Assembly (NCBI GenBank): GCA_033764955.1
Contig: JANRIL010000041.1
Span: 32,001-96,000 of the forward strand
Origin: Cyanobacteriota bacterium
GTDB taxonomy: Bacteria; Cyanobacteriota; Cyanobacteriia; Thermostichales; Thermostichaceae
Reading direction: 5' to 3'
Length of the DNA stretch: 64,000 nucleotides
A program made the position numbers and the translations under genes. Below are positions 30,607-38,978 of the stretch, one piece after another; position 1 is the first letter of the stretch; each line of letters begins with the position of its first letter. Below the pieces are notes generated by a model. The model saw only the letters and a program-made list of their open reading frames with translations, did not search any database and was not told the origin of the DNA.

Positions 30607-32451
30607 TCAATGGGGAAATGTTTTTGCAATCAGTTCTTGTCGAATGTTATTCAATACATCTTGAATGTTAAATGTTGTTGCTCCTGGTTGATTTGCTGCT
30701 GCTGCTAATCTTCTCCTAACTTCCTGAACATAAGTGTTCGTATGAAGCCCTGGAGATTGATTATGAGGTGTGCCAGGAACGGGAATGCTATTATTCTGTG
30801 GTAATACTACTCCGTTTGAGGCACTGTTGATATGAATATCAAACTGAGTCAGAATATCTTTAGATGCTTGTACCGCTTCACTCATTTCCGGACTACCACT
30901 AAAGTTTCCTTTCGGCACAATATGATGAGCTGCCGTACCACATGGCATCCTTTTCCCATAATATCCAAATGGCTCTGAAAATACATTCCCAGATAAATTC
31001 ATGTGGAGTCCTTGCTCCATATTTCTGGCTAGCTTAGCGGCATCATCACTGCCACCAGCCGGAGCACGACGACACTCTACTTCAAAGGTAATGCTTTGGT
31101 TAGCACTCAACAACACACTCCCTTCAAATGTGGTGAGGCTAACCGATTGACTAGATCCAGGGAGAGGAGTTGGATCTTGTTCTACCTTTTCTATCTTAAA
31201 TTCTAGAGTGGCTGGCGGATATTCTCCTTCCGATAACCCCTCAATGGTGACTTTGTTCTCAACTGACTGGAGATCAAATACACTTGATTTGTCTTGAGCC
31301 GATAAATTAATAGAATCTTGCTCACCTGTAGCAGAACTAAGAGTATATCCAGTAGGTTCAACGGTAATAATAACGGAATCACCATCAGAAGTATGATGAC
31401 CATTATCGTTAAGCTTCATCGTAAATTGTTGATAGTCATGCACCACAACCTTGACAGGAATCTTATCGTCAACTTTGGGATCCGGTGAAGGACTAGGAGA
31501 GGGAGAAGGACAAGCGGATGGACTGGGATCCGGAGTTGGGGGAGGATCCGGAGTAGGAGTGGGTTGAGGAGTGGGAGTAGGACTCGGTGAAGGGAAAGGA
31601 TCTGGTTGGTTATAAATCTCTTCTAGAGTAGCGGCAAAAGCAGCTAGCTGCTCAGGAGCCATATAGTCCTCGACCAAGGCTAACAACTGAGCCGTGGAAT
31701 AGCCAACTAAGCCAAAGACTTCAATAGTTGTGAGAATACAGCCATTGGGATTGGCAAGAGCCAAGCATTGGTTAATAGCAGTTGCAAACGCTTGTGGGGA
31801 AACAGAACTAGTCTTGCTTTCGCTCTCAGAGAGGTGAAGGCTACTCTGGTCAGGAGGGCAAGGATCCGGAGTGGGAGTTGGGCTGGGAGGTGGCGGTGGT
31901 GGCGGTGGCGGTGGCGGTGGCGGTGGCGGCGGTGGTGGCGGAGTGGGATCTGGAGAGGGGAAAGGAGAAGGACTGGGGGTTGGGCTAGGAGAAGGGGAAG
32001 GACTGGGGGAAGGAATCGGGGAGGGACAAGTATCACGAGTCACTTCAAAGAAGCTTTGAGTTCCATCGGTTCTGCCGTAGCAGGCTTTAGTGCATTGGGA
32101 AGTACCCGTTAAAACATTTGTCCAGCAAAAATCATAGTAATAGCGAGTTGGCTGATCAAAAATCTGCTCTAGGGAATGGAAACGAGCATTATTCCAGCAG
32201 CGCGGCCCATGATAGAGCCAGGTTCCGTTATGGGGATAGTAGTAGTAGCACTGCGCACAGACCTGGCACATGGGAGTGCGAGTGGGGGATCCTGTTGGGG
32301 AAGGGCTGAGAGAGGCTGCTGGGGATGCTGCCACATTGACCGGATCATTGGGATCAACAGCAGGAGCAATCACCGTAGGAGCATGACTAACCGCACAGGC
32401 GGCTAAGCCAAAGCTGAGCAATCCTCCCCAGAGCCAAATCGAGCGAGCCAT
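30607..32451 (-). CDS. Lipoprotein polymorphic toxin with C-terminal AHH (HNH/EndoVII-fold) nuclease
   Basis: Signal peptide ending LAA-C (Cys19); Cys-rich domain; Pro-rich linkers; TAAHHIV..INSASNGVVLP..H..GLHTNTY. Confidence 0.85.
   Translation of the reverse strand: MARSIWLWGGLLSFGLAACAVSHAPTVIAPAVDPNDPVNVAASPAASLSPSPTGSPTRTPMCQVCAQCYYYYPHNGTWLYHGPRCWNNARFHSLEQIFDQPTRYYYDFCWTNVLTGTSQCTKACYGRTDGTQSFFEVTRDTCPSPIPSPSPSPSPSPTPSPSPFPSPDPTPPPPPPPPPPPPPPPPPPPSPTPTPDPCPPDQSSLHLSESESKTSSVSPQAFATAINQCLALANPNGCILTTIEVFGLVGYSTAQLLALVEDYMAPEQLAAFAATLEEIYNQPDPFPSPSPTPTPQPTPTPDPPPTPDPSPSACPSPSPSPSPDPKVDDKIPVKVVVHDYQQFTMKLNDNGHHTSDGDSVIITVEPTGYTLSSATGEQDSINLSAQDKSSVFDLQSVENKVTIEGLSEGEYPPATLEFKIEKVEQDPTPLPGSSQSVSLTTFEGSVLLSANQSITFEVECRRAPAGGSDDAAKLARNMEQGLHMNLSGNVFSEPFGYYGKRMPCGTAAHHIVPKGNFSGSPEMSEAVQASKDILTQFDIHINSASNGVVLPQNNSIPVPGTPHNQSPGLHTNTYVQEVRRRLAAAANQPGATTFNIQDVLNNIRQELIAKTFPH
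31885..31941 (-). repeat. Tract of 19 Pro codons (mostly CCA/CCG)
   Basis: GGTGGC-type repeat on the plus strand. Confidence 0.95.
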
Positions 32452-32584
32452 TCAGCCGTACCCTGCCAAACCTTCCACAGGCTACCGGCGATTAAGTAGC
32501 TTTCTAAAAAAAATCATAATTGTTTAATATTATGGATGAACTGAATGAAAGAAAGCGGATCCACCCCTTTCTCTAGTCATAGCT

Positions 32585-32631
32585 CTGAAGTTTCTGCAAC
32601 AGGGATCCGGATCTGGGGGAGGATCCGGAGT
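32585..32631 (-). repeat. Right copy of the 24-bp direct repeat plus Pro-linker-like fragment (TPDPPPDPDPCCRNFR)
   Basis: CTGAAGTTTCTGCAACAGGGATCC matches 25661-25684; adjacent GGATCTGGGGGAGGATC matches the cassette-2 leader. Confidence 0.8.
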
Positions 32632-32693
32632 TAGGTTGTTAGCTTTAATATGGATGACAGGCTCCCGCACACCATCAACCATCCGCTTAACCC

Positions 32694-33260
32694 TCAATCC
32701 GCCCTCTCCCTCGAGCATTCCTCCGGAAATTGAGCCAGGAGTGTCAAGGCTTCTTCACACCAAGCGATCCAATCGGCCTCATAGCGGATCCCGCGTTTAA
32801 GGGTGAGATATTGAAATTGATGTTCTAAAGGAACTTGCCGTAAATTAGCAAAGAAAGATTGTTCCACTTGCCGATAGTGATCGAGCTGGTTTTGGTGAAT
32901 CTTCTGTCGTCGTTTTAGCTCCTCTTCAATCAAGTTTTTGGGCACCAAATATCCCGCTAAAACTTTCACCAGTAAATCTTCTCGAAGCACCGTAGGTTGC
33001 GAAGGTTCCTTCAACCATTCCTTGAGGTTTTCCTTGCCTAAGGGGGTTATTTCGTAGACTTTTTTGTTGGGGCGATCCGCTTGAATCTCTAGGTGAGAAT
33101 GAACCCAACCCTCCACCTCTAATTTCGCTAATTCTCGATAAATCTGCTGCTGACTGGCCTGCCAATAACAGGCTACATACTGATCAAAATGCTTGGCTAG
33201 GTCATAGCCGCTTAGAGGAGAACGAGCCAGTGTCGCCAAAATGGCGTGGGTAAGTGCCAT
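32694..33260 (-). CDS. PadR family transcriptional regulator
   Basis: SGYDLAK..WQASQQQIYRELAKLE..RPNKKVYEIT. Confidence 0.92.
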   Translation of the reverse strand: MALTHAILATLARSPLSGYDLAKHFDQYVACYWQASQQQIYRELAKLEVEGWVHSHLEIQADRPNKKVYEITPLGKENLKEWLKEPSQPTVLREDLLVKVLAGYLVPKNLIEEELKRRQKIHQNQLDHYRQVEQSFFANLRQVPLEHQFQYLTLKRGIRYEADWIAWCEEALTLLAQFPEECSRERAD

Positions 33261-33308
33261 AGGGTGCAAAATATGACCGCAACAACAAACAGTCTGTGGT
33301 TTAGCGCA

Positions 33309-33328
33309 CTATACAACAAGTTGTATAG
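33309..33328. promoter_or_regulatory. Candidate PadR operator
   Basis: Perfect 9-2-9 inverted repeat CTATACAAC-AA-GTTGTATAG between the divergent padR and efflux genes. Confidence 0.65.
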
Positions 33329-33350
33329 GTGCTTTTATGATTATTAACTA

Positions 33351-34790
33351 ATGAGACTACTCTGTTCAGCTTACCTTGCGGAGGCCCCGATGCTCCATCC
33401 TTCAGCCCCACGCCAACCGGCGGATCCCCCTTCGCCCCCTTTGGACAATTTAGGCAAGGGATCCCCTGTGCATCTTTTCTGGTCGAGCGGATCCCGCTTC
33501 TGGGGGCTGGGGCTACTGATCAGTGGCGGGATCCTGTTGGGGGTGTGGCGGCAGCCCTTGGGTTTGGTGCAGGCTGCGGATCCCAAAAATATAGAGGCGG
33601 CAGATAGAGAGGCTGTGGGGATGGCGGTGGCAACCCTCTCGATAGAACCTGTCACCACTCATGCAGTGGAGCGGGTTTATACAGGGGAGGTGATAGCCCG
33701 CCGTACCAGTGATCTGGGGTTTGAGCGAGGGGGAGAACGGGTGAGCGTTTTGGTAGAGGAGGGGGATGTTGTGGAAGCGGGATCCCCCCTGGCTCGTCTA
33801 GATACCCGTAAGTTGCAGGCGGAAAAAGCCCAAGTCATGGCTCAACAAGCCCGTGCCCAAGCTCAGCTAGCGGAATTGCAAGCAGGCCCCCGTCAGGAGG
33901 TGATCGCAGCAGCAGCAGCAGCGGTTCAGGATCTAGCTCAGCAGCGGGATCTTGCGGAGACCAAGCGGTTACGTCGTCAAGAGCTTTATGCCGCCGGAGC
34001 GATTTCTCGCGAACAGTTGGATGAACTGGCTTTTGAAACCCGCGCTTTGGAAGCTCGCTGGCAGGCCGCCTCGCAGGAGTTAACCGAGTTAAAAGCAGGC
34101 ACTCGCCCCGAACAAATTGCCGCCCAGTCGGCAGCCGTTCAACAACTGGCGGCCAGTCTGAGCCGTGTGGAGGTAGATATCAGCCAAAGTACCCTGACGG
34201 CTCCCTTTGCTGGACGGATCACCCAGCGGTTTGTGGATGAAGGTACCGTCCTTGGATCGGGCCAGCCTGTCCTGCGATTGGTGGAGGTGGGATCCTTGGA
34301 GGCTCGGATTGGTGTGCCCAGTCAAGCCACCACCGCCCTCAGCATAGGCTCTACCCAGACCGTGTGGGTGGGGGAGACTGCTTATCCCGCTCAGGTGAGT
34401 GCCCTCTTGCCGGAGGTAAATCCTACCACCCGTACCCTTCCGGTCATTCTCCGGCTACCCGATTCCCTAGGGATCCCTTCCGGTCAAACCGCCCGCCTAT
34501 CCCTGACGGAGACGGTAGAGATGGCTGGCTTTTGGTTGCCAACTACCGCTTTGGTTCCGGGCACCCGTGGACTCTGGTCAGCCTACACCGTAGAGGCAGG
34601 CACGGCAGGCTCACAGGGCGATTTTCAAATCAAGCGACAGGATCTAGAAATTTTGCATACAGAAGGGGAGAAGGTGTTGGTGCGAGGCACCTTACAAGCC
34701 GGAGATCAGGTAGTAGCAACCGGAGTCCAACGGTTAGTACCTGGACAATCGGTGATCCCGCAGCCAACAACATGGCTCAGCTTGCCGTAA
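33351..34790 (+). CDS. RND efflux periplasmic adaptor (MFP)
   Basis: VEEGDVVEAG lipoyl half-motif, coiled coil, LTAPFAG; start uncertain. Confidence 0.9.
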   Translation: MRLLCSAYLAEAPMLHPSAPRQPADPPSPPLDNLGKGSPVHLFWSSGSRFWGLGLLISGGILLGVWRQPLGLVQAADPKNIEAADREAVGMAVATLSIEPVTTHAVERVYTGEVIARRTSDLGFERGGERVSVLVEEGDVVEAGSPLARLDTRKLQAEKAQVMAQQARAQAQLAELQAGPRQEVIAAAAAAVQDLAQQRDLAETKRLRRQELYAAGAISREQLDELAFETRALEARWQAASQELTELKAGTRPEQIAAQSAAVQQLAASLSRVEVDISQSTLTAPFAGRITQRFVDEGTVLGSGQPVLRLVEVGSLEARIGVPSQATTALSIGSTQTVWVGETAYPAQVSALLPEVNPTTRTLPVILRLPDSLGIPSGQTARLSLTETVEMAGFWLPTTALVPGTRGLWSAYTVEAGTAGSQGDFQIKRQDLEILHTEGEKVLVRGTLQAGDQVVATGVQRLVPGQSVIPQPTTWLSLP

Positions 34791-35022
34791 TTCTATCGTG
34801 CGACTATCAATGCTTGGTTTTATCTAACACAAAATAGGCGAACCAAGAGCCATCAAAAATGCTGTCATCATTGACCAAATAGAAATAGAATCCGGCCACT
34901 TAAATTAGGACTTTGGTCAGACGCAAATCTGTAATTGAAGAGACTAAATTAGAGTCACCTCTAAATAGTTCAAAAAATCAGTTACCCCAACCAAACACTA
35001 ACCTTGCTTAGGAGAATGGATC

Positions 35023-35424
35023 ATGGTTGTTGTCTCAGTTACTCGTCTAAAAATTCGCTCTCCACTTTTTTTGATTCCTTTCATGATCTCGGCCATTCAG
35101 TCGAGTCAACAGGCGAAACGGGCTGCTGGAAATCTCTCCGCAGCCACCCGTAAAGATCAGGGTCTCGTCTTTTGGACACTGACCACCTGGGATAGCGAAG
35201 CGTCGATGCGGCACTACATTCGGGCGGGATCCCATGGGAAGGCGATGGCGAAATTGGCGGAATGGTGTGATGAGGCCAGTCTTGTGCATTGGCTACAGGA
35301 GCCGGATCAGCCTGTGAACTGGCAGATTGCCTCAGAACGGATGCTCAAGGAGGCGCACTTTAGTCGGGTTAAATATCCTTCTGTTGATCACCAACAACGA
35401 CGGATCCCGACCCCTCAGTTTTAA
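35023..35424 (+). CDS. DUF3291/ABM-like protein
   Basis: VSVTRL..FWTLTTWDSEASMRHY..H..AM..WCDE; AGGAG RBS. Confidence 0.7.
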   Translation: MVVVSVTRLKIRSPLFLIPFMISAIQSSQQAKRAAGNLSAATRKDQGLVFWTLTTWDSEASMRHYIRAGSHGKAMAKLAEWCDEASLVHWLQEPDQPVNWQIASERMLKEAHFSRVKYPSVDHQQRRIPTPQF

Positions 35425-35541
35425 GTTGGCTTGAAGTTTATTGACTAATATTGATCGCTCAATTCTTGGCCAAGACCCGTTATATCCCTACTGGCGTTGT
35501 CTTGGTCATTGACCCTTTTTTCTCAAACCCTATTCCGAAGT

Positions 35542-38500
35542 ATGTTTACCCTTTTTTATCGCAACCTGCGCTTATTGATTTTAACTCTGATCCTGATTGG
35601 GGTTTGGGGATCCACCGCTTTCTTCAGCTTGCCCCGTTTGGAAGATCCCGAATTGACGGCTCGTAATGCGGTGGTGACAACATTGTTGCCGGGGGCCAGT
35701 GCCGAACGGGTGGAAACATTACTAACAGACAAAATTGAACAAGCCCTTTTAGAAATGGAAGAAATTGACACGATAGAATCCACCTCCCGCTTGGGAATTT
35801 CGATTGTACAAATTGAGTTAAACGATGATGTCAATCCTGTCGATAATGCCTGGTCACGCATTCGAGATCAAATTTCCGATACCATACCTTTCCTGCCCCC
35901 CTCCGCCAGCGATCCCGAATTTGAAATCAGCACCGTCGGAGCTAATGCCCTGATTGTCGGCTTAACTTGGGATCCCCCCCATCCCGTCAATAATGCCGTG
36001 CTGCGACGACAGGCGGAGGCTTTGCAATCGCGCCTGCGCGGGATCCCTGGCACAGCGGAAGTAGAGTTATTTGGGGATCCTGAGGAAGAAATTGGGGTAG
36101 AAATCCAGCCCAGCCAGCTAGCCCGCCTCGGTCTGACCCCCCAGCAGTTGGCGGCACAGATAGCGGCTAGTGATGCCAAAGTCACCGCCGGACAACTGCG
36201 TAGCCCCACCAGCCAGTTGCTTGTGGAGGTGCAAGGAGAATTAGACTCACTGGAGCGGATCCGGCAAATTCCGATTCGGTTTGGCTCTGGAGAACAATTT
36301 GCTCGCCTGGGCGACATCGCTCAGGTAGAAAAAACGGTACGGGATCCCCTTTCGGAGCTGGCGCTGTTCTCAGGGAAAAGGGGGATTGGGGTGGCAGCCA
36401 AAACCGTATCGGGAGCACGGGTGGATGACTGGGCGGTAGAGGTTCGGCAACAACTGGAGGATTTTCAGACCCAACTTCCCTCTGGCATCAACGTGCAGGT
36501 GATTTTAGATCAAAGTCGGTATGTTGAAGCCCGTCTTAACTCCGTGATCAGCAACTTGCTGGTGGGGGCACTGCTGGTGATTGGGGTCACGCTGTTCATG
36601 ATGGGCTGGCGGTCAGCTCTGATGGTTGGCTCAGCTCTGCCCCTCTCGGCGCTCATGGTGTTTGGCAGCATGAAATGGCTGGGGATCCCGCTCCACCAAA
36701 TTTCGGTGACAGGCATCATCATTGCCTTGGGTCTGCTGATTGATAACGCCATCATCATCGTGGATGAAGTACAAACCCGCCTCCAATCCGGCTGGGATCC
36801 CGGTCACGCGGTTCATCACACAACCCAGCGGATGGCCGTGCCCTTGCTCAGTTCTACCCTGACCACAGTTCTGGCCTTTATGCCGATTGCCCTAGCACCG
36901 GGGGGAGTGGGGGAGTTTACCGGAACCATTGGCGTGACGGTAATTTTAGCCCTGACCAGTTCCCTGATTTTATCGCTGACGGTGATCCCGGCTCTGGTGG
37001 GGCACTTCCAGCCTTCCCAACCCCTTAGCCAGTCAGCTTGGTGGCAGGTGGGGTTCAGCAATGGGGGGCTAACGCGCCTCTATCGCCGATCGATTGCCTA
37101 CTTTTTGGCGAGACCTTGGTGGGGAATTGGACTGGGGTTGGTGCTGCCTCTGGCCGGATTTATGGTAGCTCCCCAACTGCCACAACAGTTTTTCCCCCCC
37201 GCTGGACGAGATCAGTTTTATATCGAGCTGGCTCTGCCCATCCAAACCTCTATCACTGAAACCCAGGCGGTAGTTGCCCAAGCCACCTCGCTTATCACAG
37301 CCCACCCCGCCATTAGCGATGTGGCCTGGTTTATCGGCAATGCTGCTCCTCGCTTCTACTACAACGTGATTGGCGGATCGGAAAATTCGCCCAACTATGC
37401 CCAGGCGCTCGTTCAACTGCACCAGGGATCCCCCAGCCCCACTCTCCTGCAAACCGTTCAAGATGAATTGGATCAGACTTTTCCAGCGGCACAGTTCTTA
37501 GTTCGGCAGTTGGAGCAAGGACCACCCTTTGCCGCCCCCGTTGAAATGCGTCTCTACGGCTCCGATCTGGAGGAGTTGCAACGGTTAGGGGAGCAGGTGC
37601 GAGCTGTCCTGGCTGGGATCCCGGCGGTGATACATACCCGTGCCAGCCTGACGGAAGCCCTACCTACCCTCGGCCTCGCTCTTGACGACGAACAAACCGG
37701 ACTGGTGGGATTGAACAAAACCACGATTGCCCAACAGCTCGCAGCCACCCTAGAAGGGGCGGTGGGCGGCTCAATCCTGGAGGGAACAGAGGAGATTCCG
37801 GTGCGGGTAAGGGGATCCCAAGTACAACGGGCGGATTTGGCTGCCATCACCTCCTTAGATTTGGTTGGTGCCCAGCAACAAACTCTTCCTCTCAACAGTT
37901 TGGGGCAGATTCGCCTCACTCCCGATCCGGCTGTGATTGCTCGGCGGCAGGGGGAACGGGTCAACACGATACAAGCCTTCCTCACAGCAGGTATTTTGCC
38001 CTCGACGGTCTTAGCCGAGTTGCAAACCCGCTTGAGCCAAATCAACTGGCTATTGCCCCCCGGCTATCGCTATGAGTTTGGGGGGGAAAGTGATGCGCGG
38101 GGAACCTCCATCGCTAATCTCCTCTCCACGGTGGGGGTGCTGTCGGTGCTGATGGTGGCAACTTTGGTGCTTTCCTTCAATTCCTTTTGGATGGCGGGAT
38201 TGATCGGCATTATTGCGGCTTGTGCGATGGGACTGGGCTTGGGGGCACTGTTTCTCTCCGGCTATCCCTTCGGGTTTACGGCAATTTTGGGGACGTTAGG
38301 GTTAGTGGGTCTGGCGATTAACGATTCGATTGTGGTGCTATCGGCGCTGCAGGAGGATCCCGCCGCCCGTCACCGGGATCCCACCGCCATGTTGGGGGTG
38401 GTGATGCACTGCACCCGCCATGTGATAGCCACCACCGTCACCACCCTAGTTGGCTTCACTCCCCTCCTGTTTGATGCCACAGGATTTTGGCCGCCTCTCG

Positions 38501-38646
38501 CCATCTGCATTGCGGGCGGATTGGGGGGAACAACCCTGATGGCGCTTTACGTCGTTCCCTGCGTTTATCTATTGCTGGGACGCCCTTCGTTGCTGCCACC
38601 CGAAGCTAGCCATTCTCCGCCCACTTATTCCTCCCTCAGCCGTTAG
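35542..38646 (+). CDS. RND efflux permease (AcrB/AcrD/AcrF family)
   Basis: LPRLEDP, GLLIDNAII, STLTT and INDSIV motifs; about 12 TM segments. Confidence 0.95.
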   Translation: MFTLFYRNLRLLILTLILIGVWGSTAFFSLPRLEDPELTARNAVVTTLLPGASAERVETLLTDKIEQALLEMEEIDTIESTSRLGISIVQIELNDDVNPVDNAWSRIRDQISDTIPFLPPSASDPEFEISTVGANALIVGLTWDPPHPVNNAVLRRQAEALQSRLRGIPGTAEVELFGDPEEEIGVEIQPSQLARLGLTPQQLAAQIAASDAKVTAGQLRSPTSQLLVEVQGELDSLERIRQIPIRFGSGEQFARLGDIAQVEKTVRDPLSELALFSGKRGIGVAAKTVSGARVDDWAVEVRQQLEDFQTQLPSGINVQVILDQSRYVEARLNSVISNLLVGALLVIGVTLFMMGWRSALMVGSALPLSALMVFGSMKWLGIPLHQISVTGIIIALGLLIDNAIIIVDEVQTRLQSGWDPGHAVHHTTQRMAVPLLSSTLTTVLAFMPIALAPGGVGEFTGTIGVTVILALTSSLILSLTVIPALVGHFQPSQPLSQSAWWQVGFSNGGLTRLYRRSIAYFLARPWWGIGLGLVLPLAGFMVAPQLPQQFFPPAGRDQFYIELALPIQTSITETQAVVAQATSLITAHPAISDVAWFIGNAAPRFYYNVIGGSENSPNYAQALVQLHQGSPSPTLLQTVQDELDQTFPAAQFLVRQLEQGPPFAAPVEMRLYGSDLEELQRLGEQVRAVLAGIPAVIHTRASLTEALPTLGLALDDEQTGLVGLNKTTIAQQLAATLEGAVGGSILEGTEEIPVRVRGSQVQRADLAAITSLDLVGAQQQTLPLNSLGQIRLTPDPAVIARRQGERVNTIQAFLTAGILPSTVLAELQTRLSQINWLLPPGYRYEFGGESDARGTSIANLLSTVGVLSVLMVATLVLSFNSFWMAGLIGIIAACAMGLGLGALFLSGYPFGFTAILGTLGLVGLAINDSIVVLSALQEDPAARHRDPTAMLGVVMHCTRHVIATTVTTLVGFTPLLFDATGFWPPLAICIAGGLGGTTLMALYVVPCVYLLLGRPSLLPPEASHSPPTYSSLSR

Positions 38647-38978
38647 GTGCTTTTGAATTGTGAACTTGAGACGAGACTTTTCCGTGCCAATAAAGAAGCA
38701 ATAAATGGCTAGGGAAAATACAGAGAAACTCGATCGGGAGGGATCGATTACTGGTATTCATACGTCCGCTGTTGTTGAGTAGTGCATCAACCCGTTGTCC
38801 ATAAATCCCGTGCAATTACGCTCCTCAATTGAGGGTTTCTCCCCGATACTAAGAGCGATACATATTACTCTAAAAAAGGTTATTATGGGTATCGCATCCC
38901 AGGCTCAGTTGCTCGCACGGATGTTAGGGTCAGCATTTAATCTGGGAGATCTCTCCGAATTACGGCTCCATTTTCAGG

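Noticed and set aside
31768..32406. Plus-strand poly-Gly and WR-repeat ORFs
   Set aside because: Antisense shadows of the poly-Pro tract in the toxin gene
25680..32640. Recurring GGATCC-rich repeats as a CRISPR array or DGR template/variable repeats
   Set aside because: They encode Pro linkers and are spaced by whole genes; no cas or reverse transcriptase gene is present, and differences are not adenine-specific
32530..32718. 62-aa ORF upstream of the toxin as a real gene
   Set aside because: Overlaps the padR end and is explained by the repeat remnant; no clear RBS or family motif
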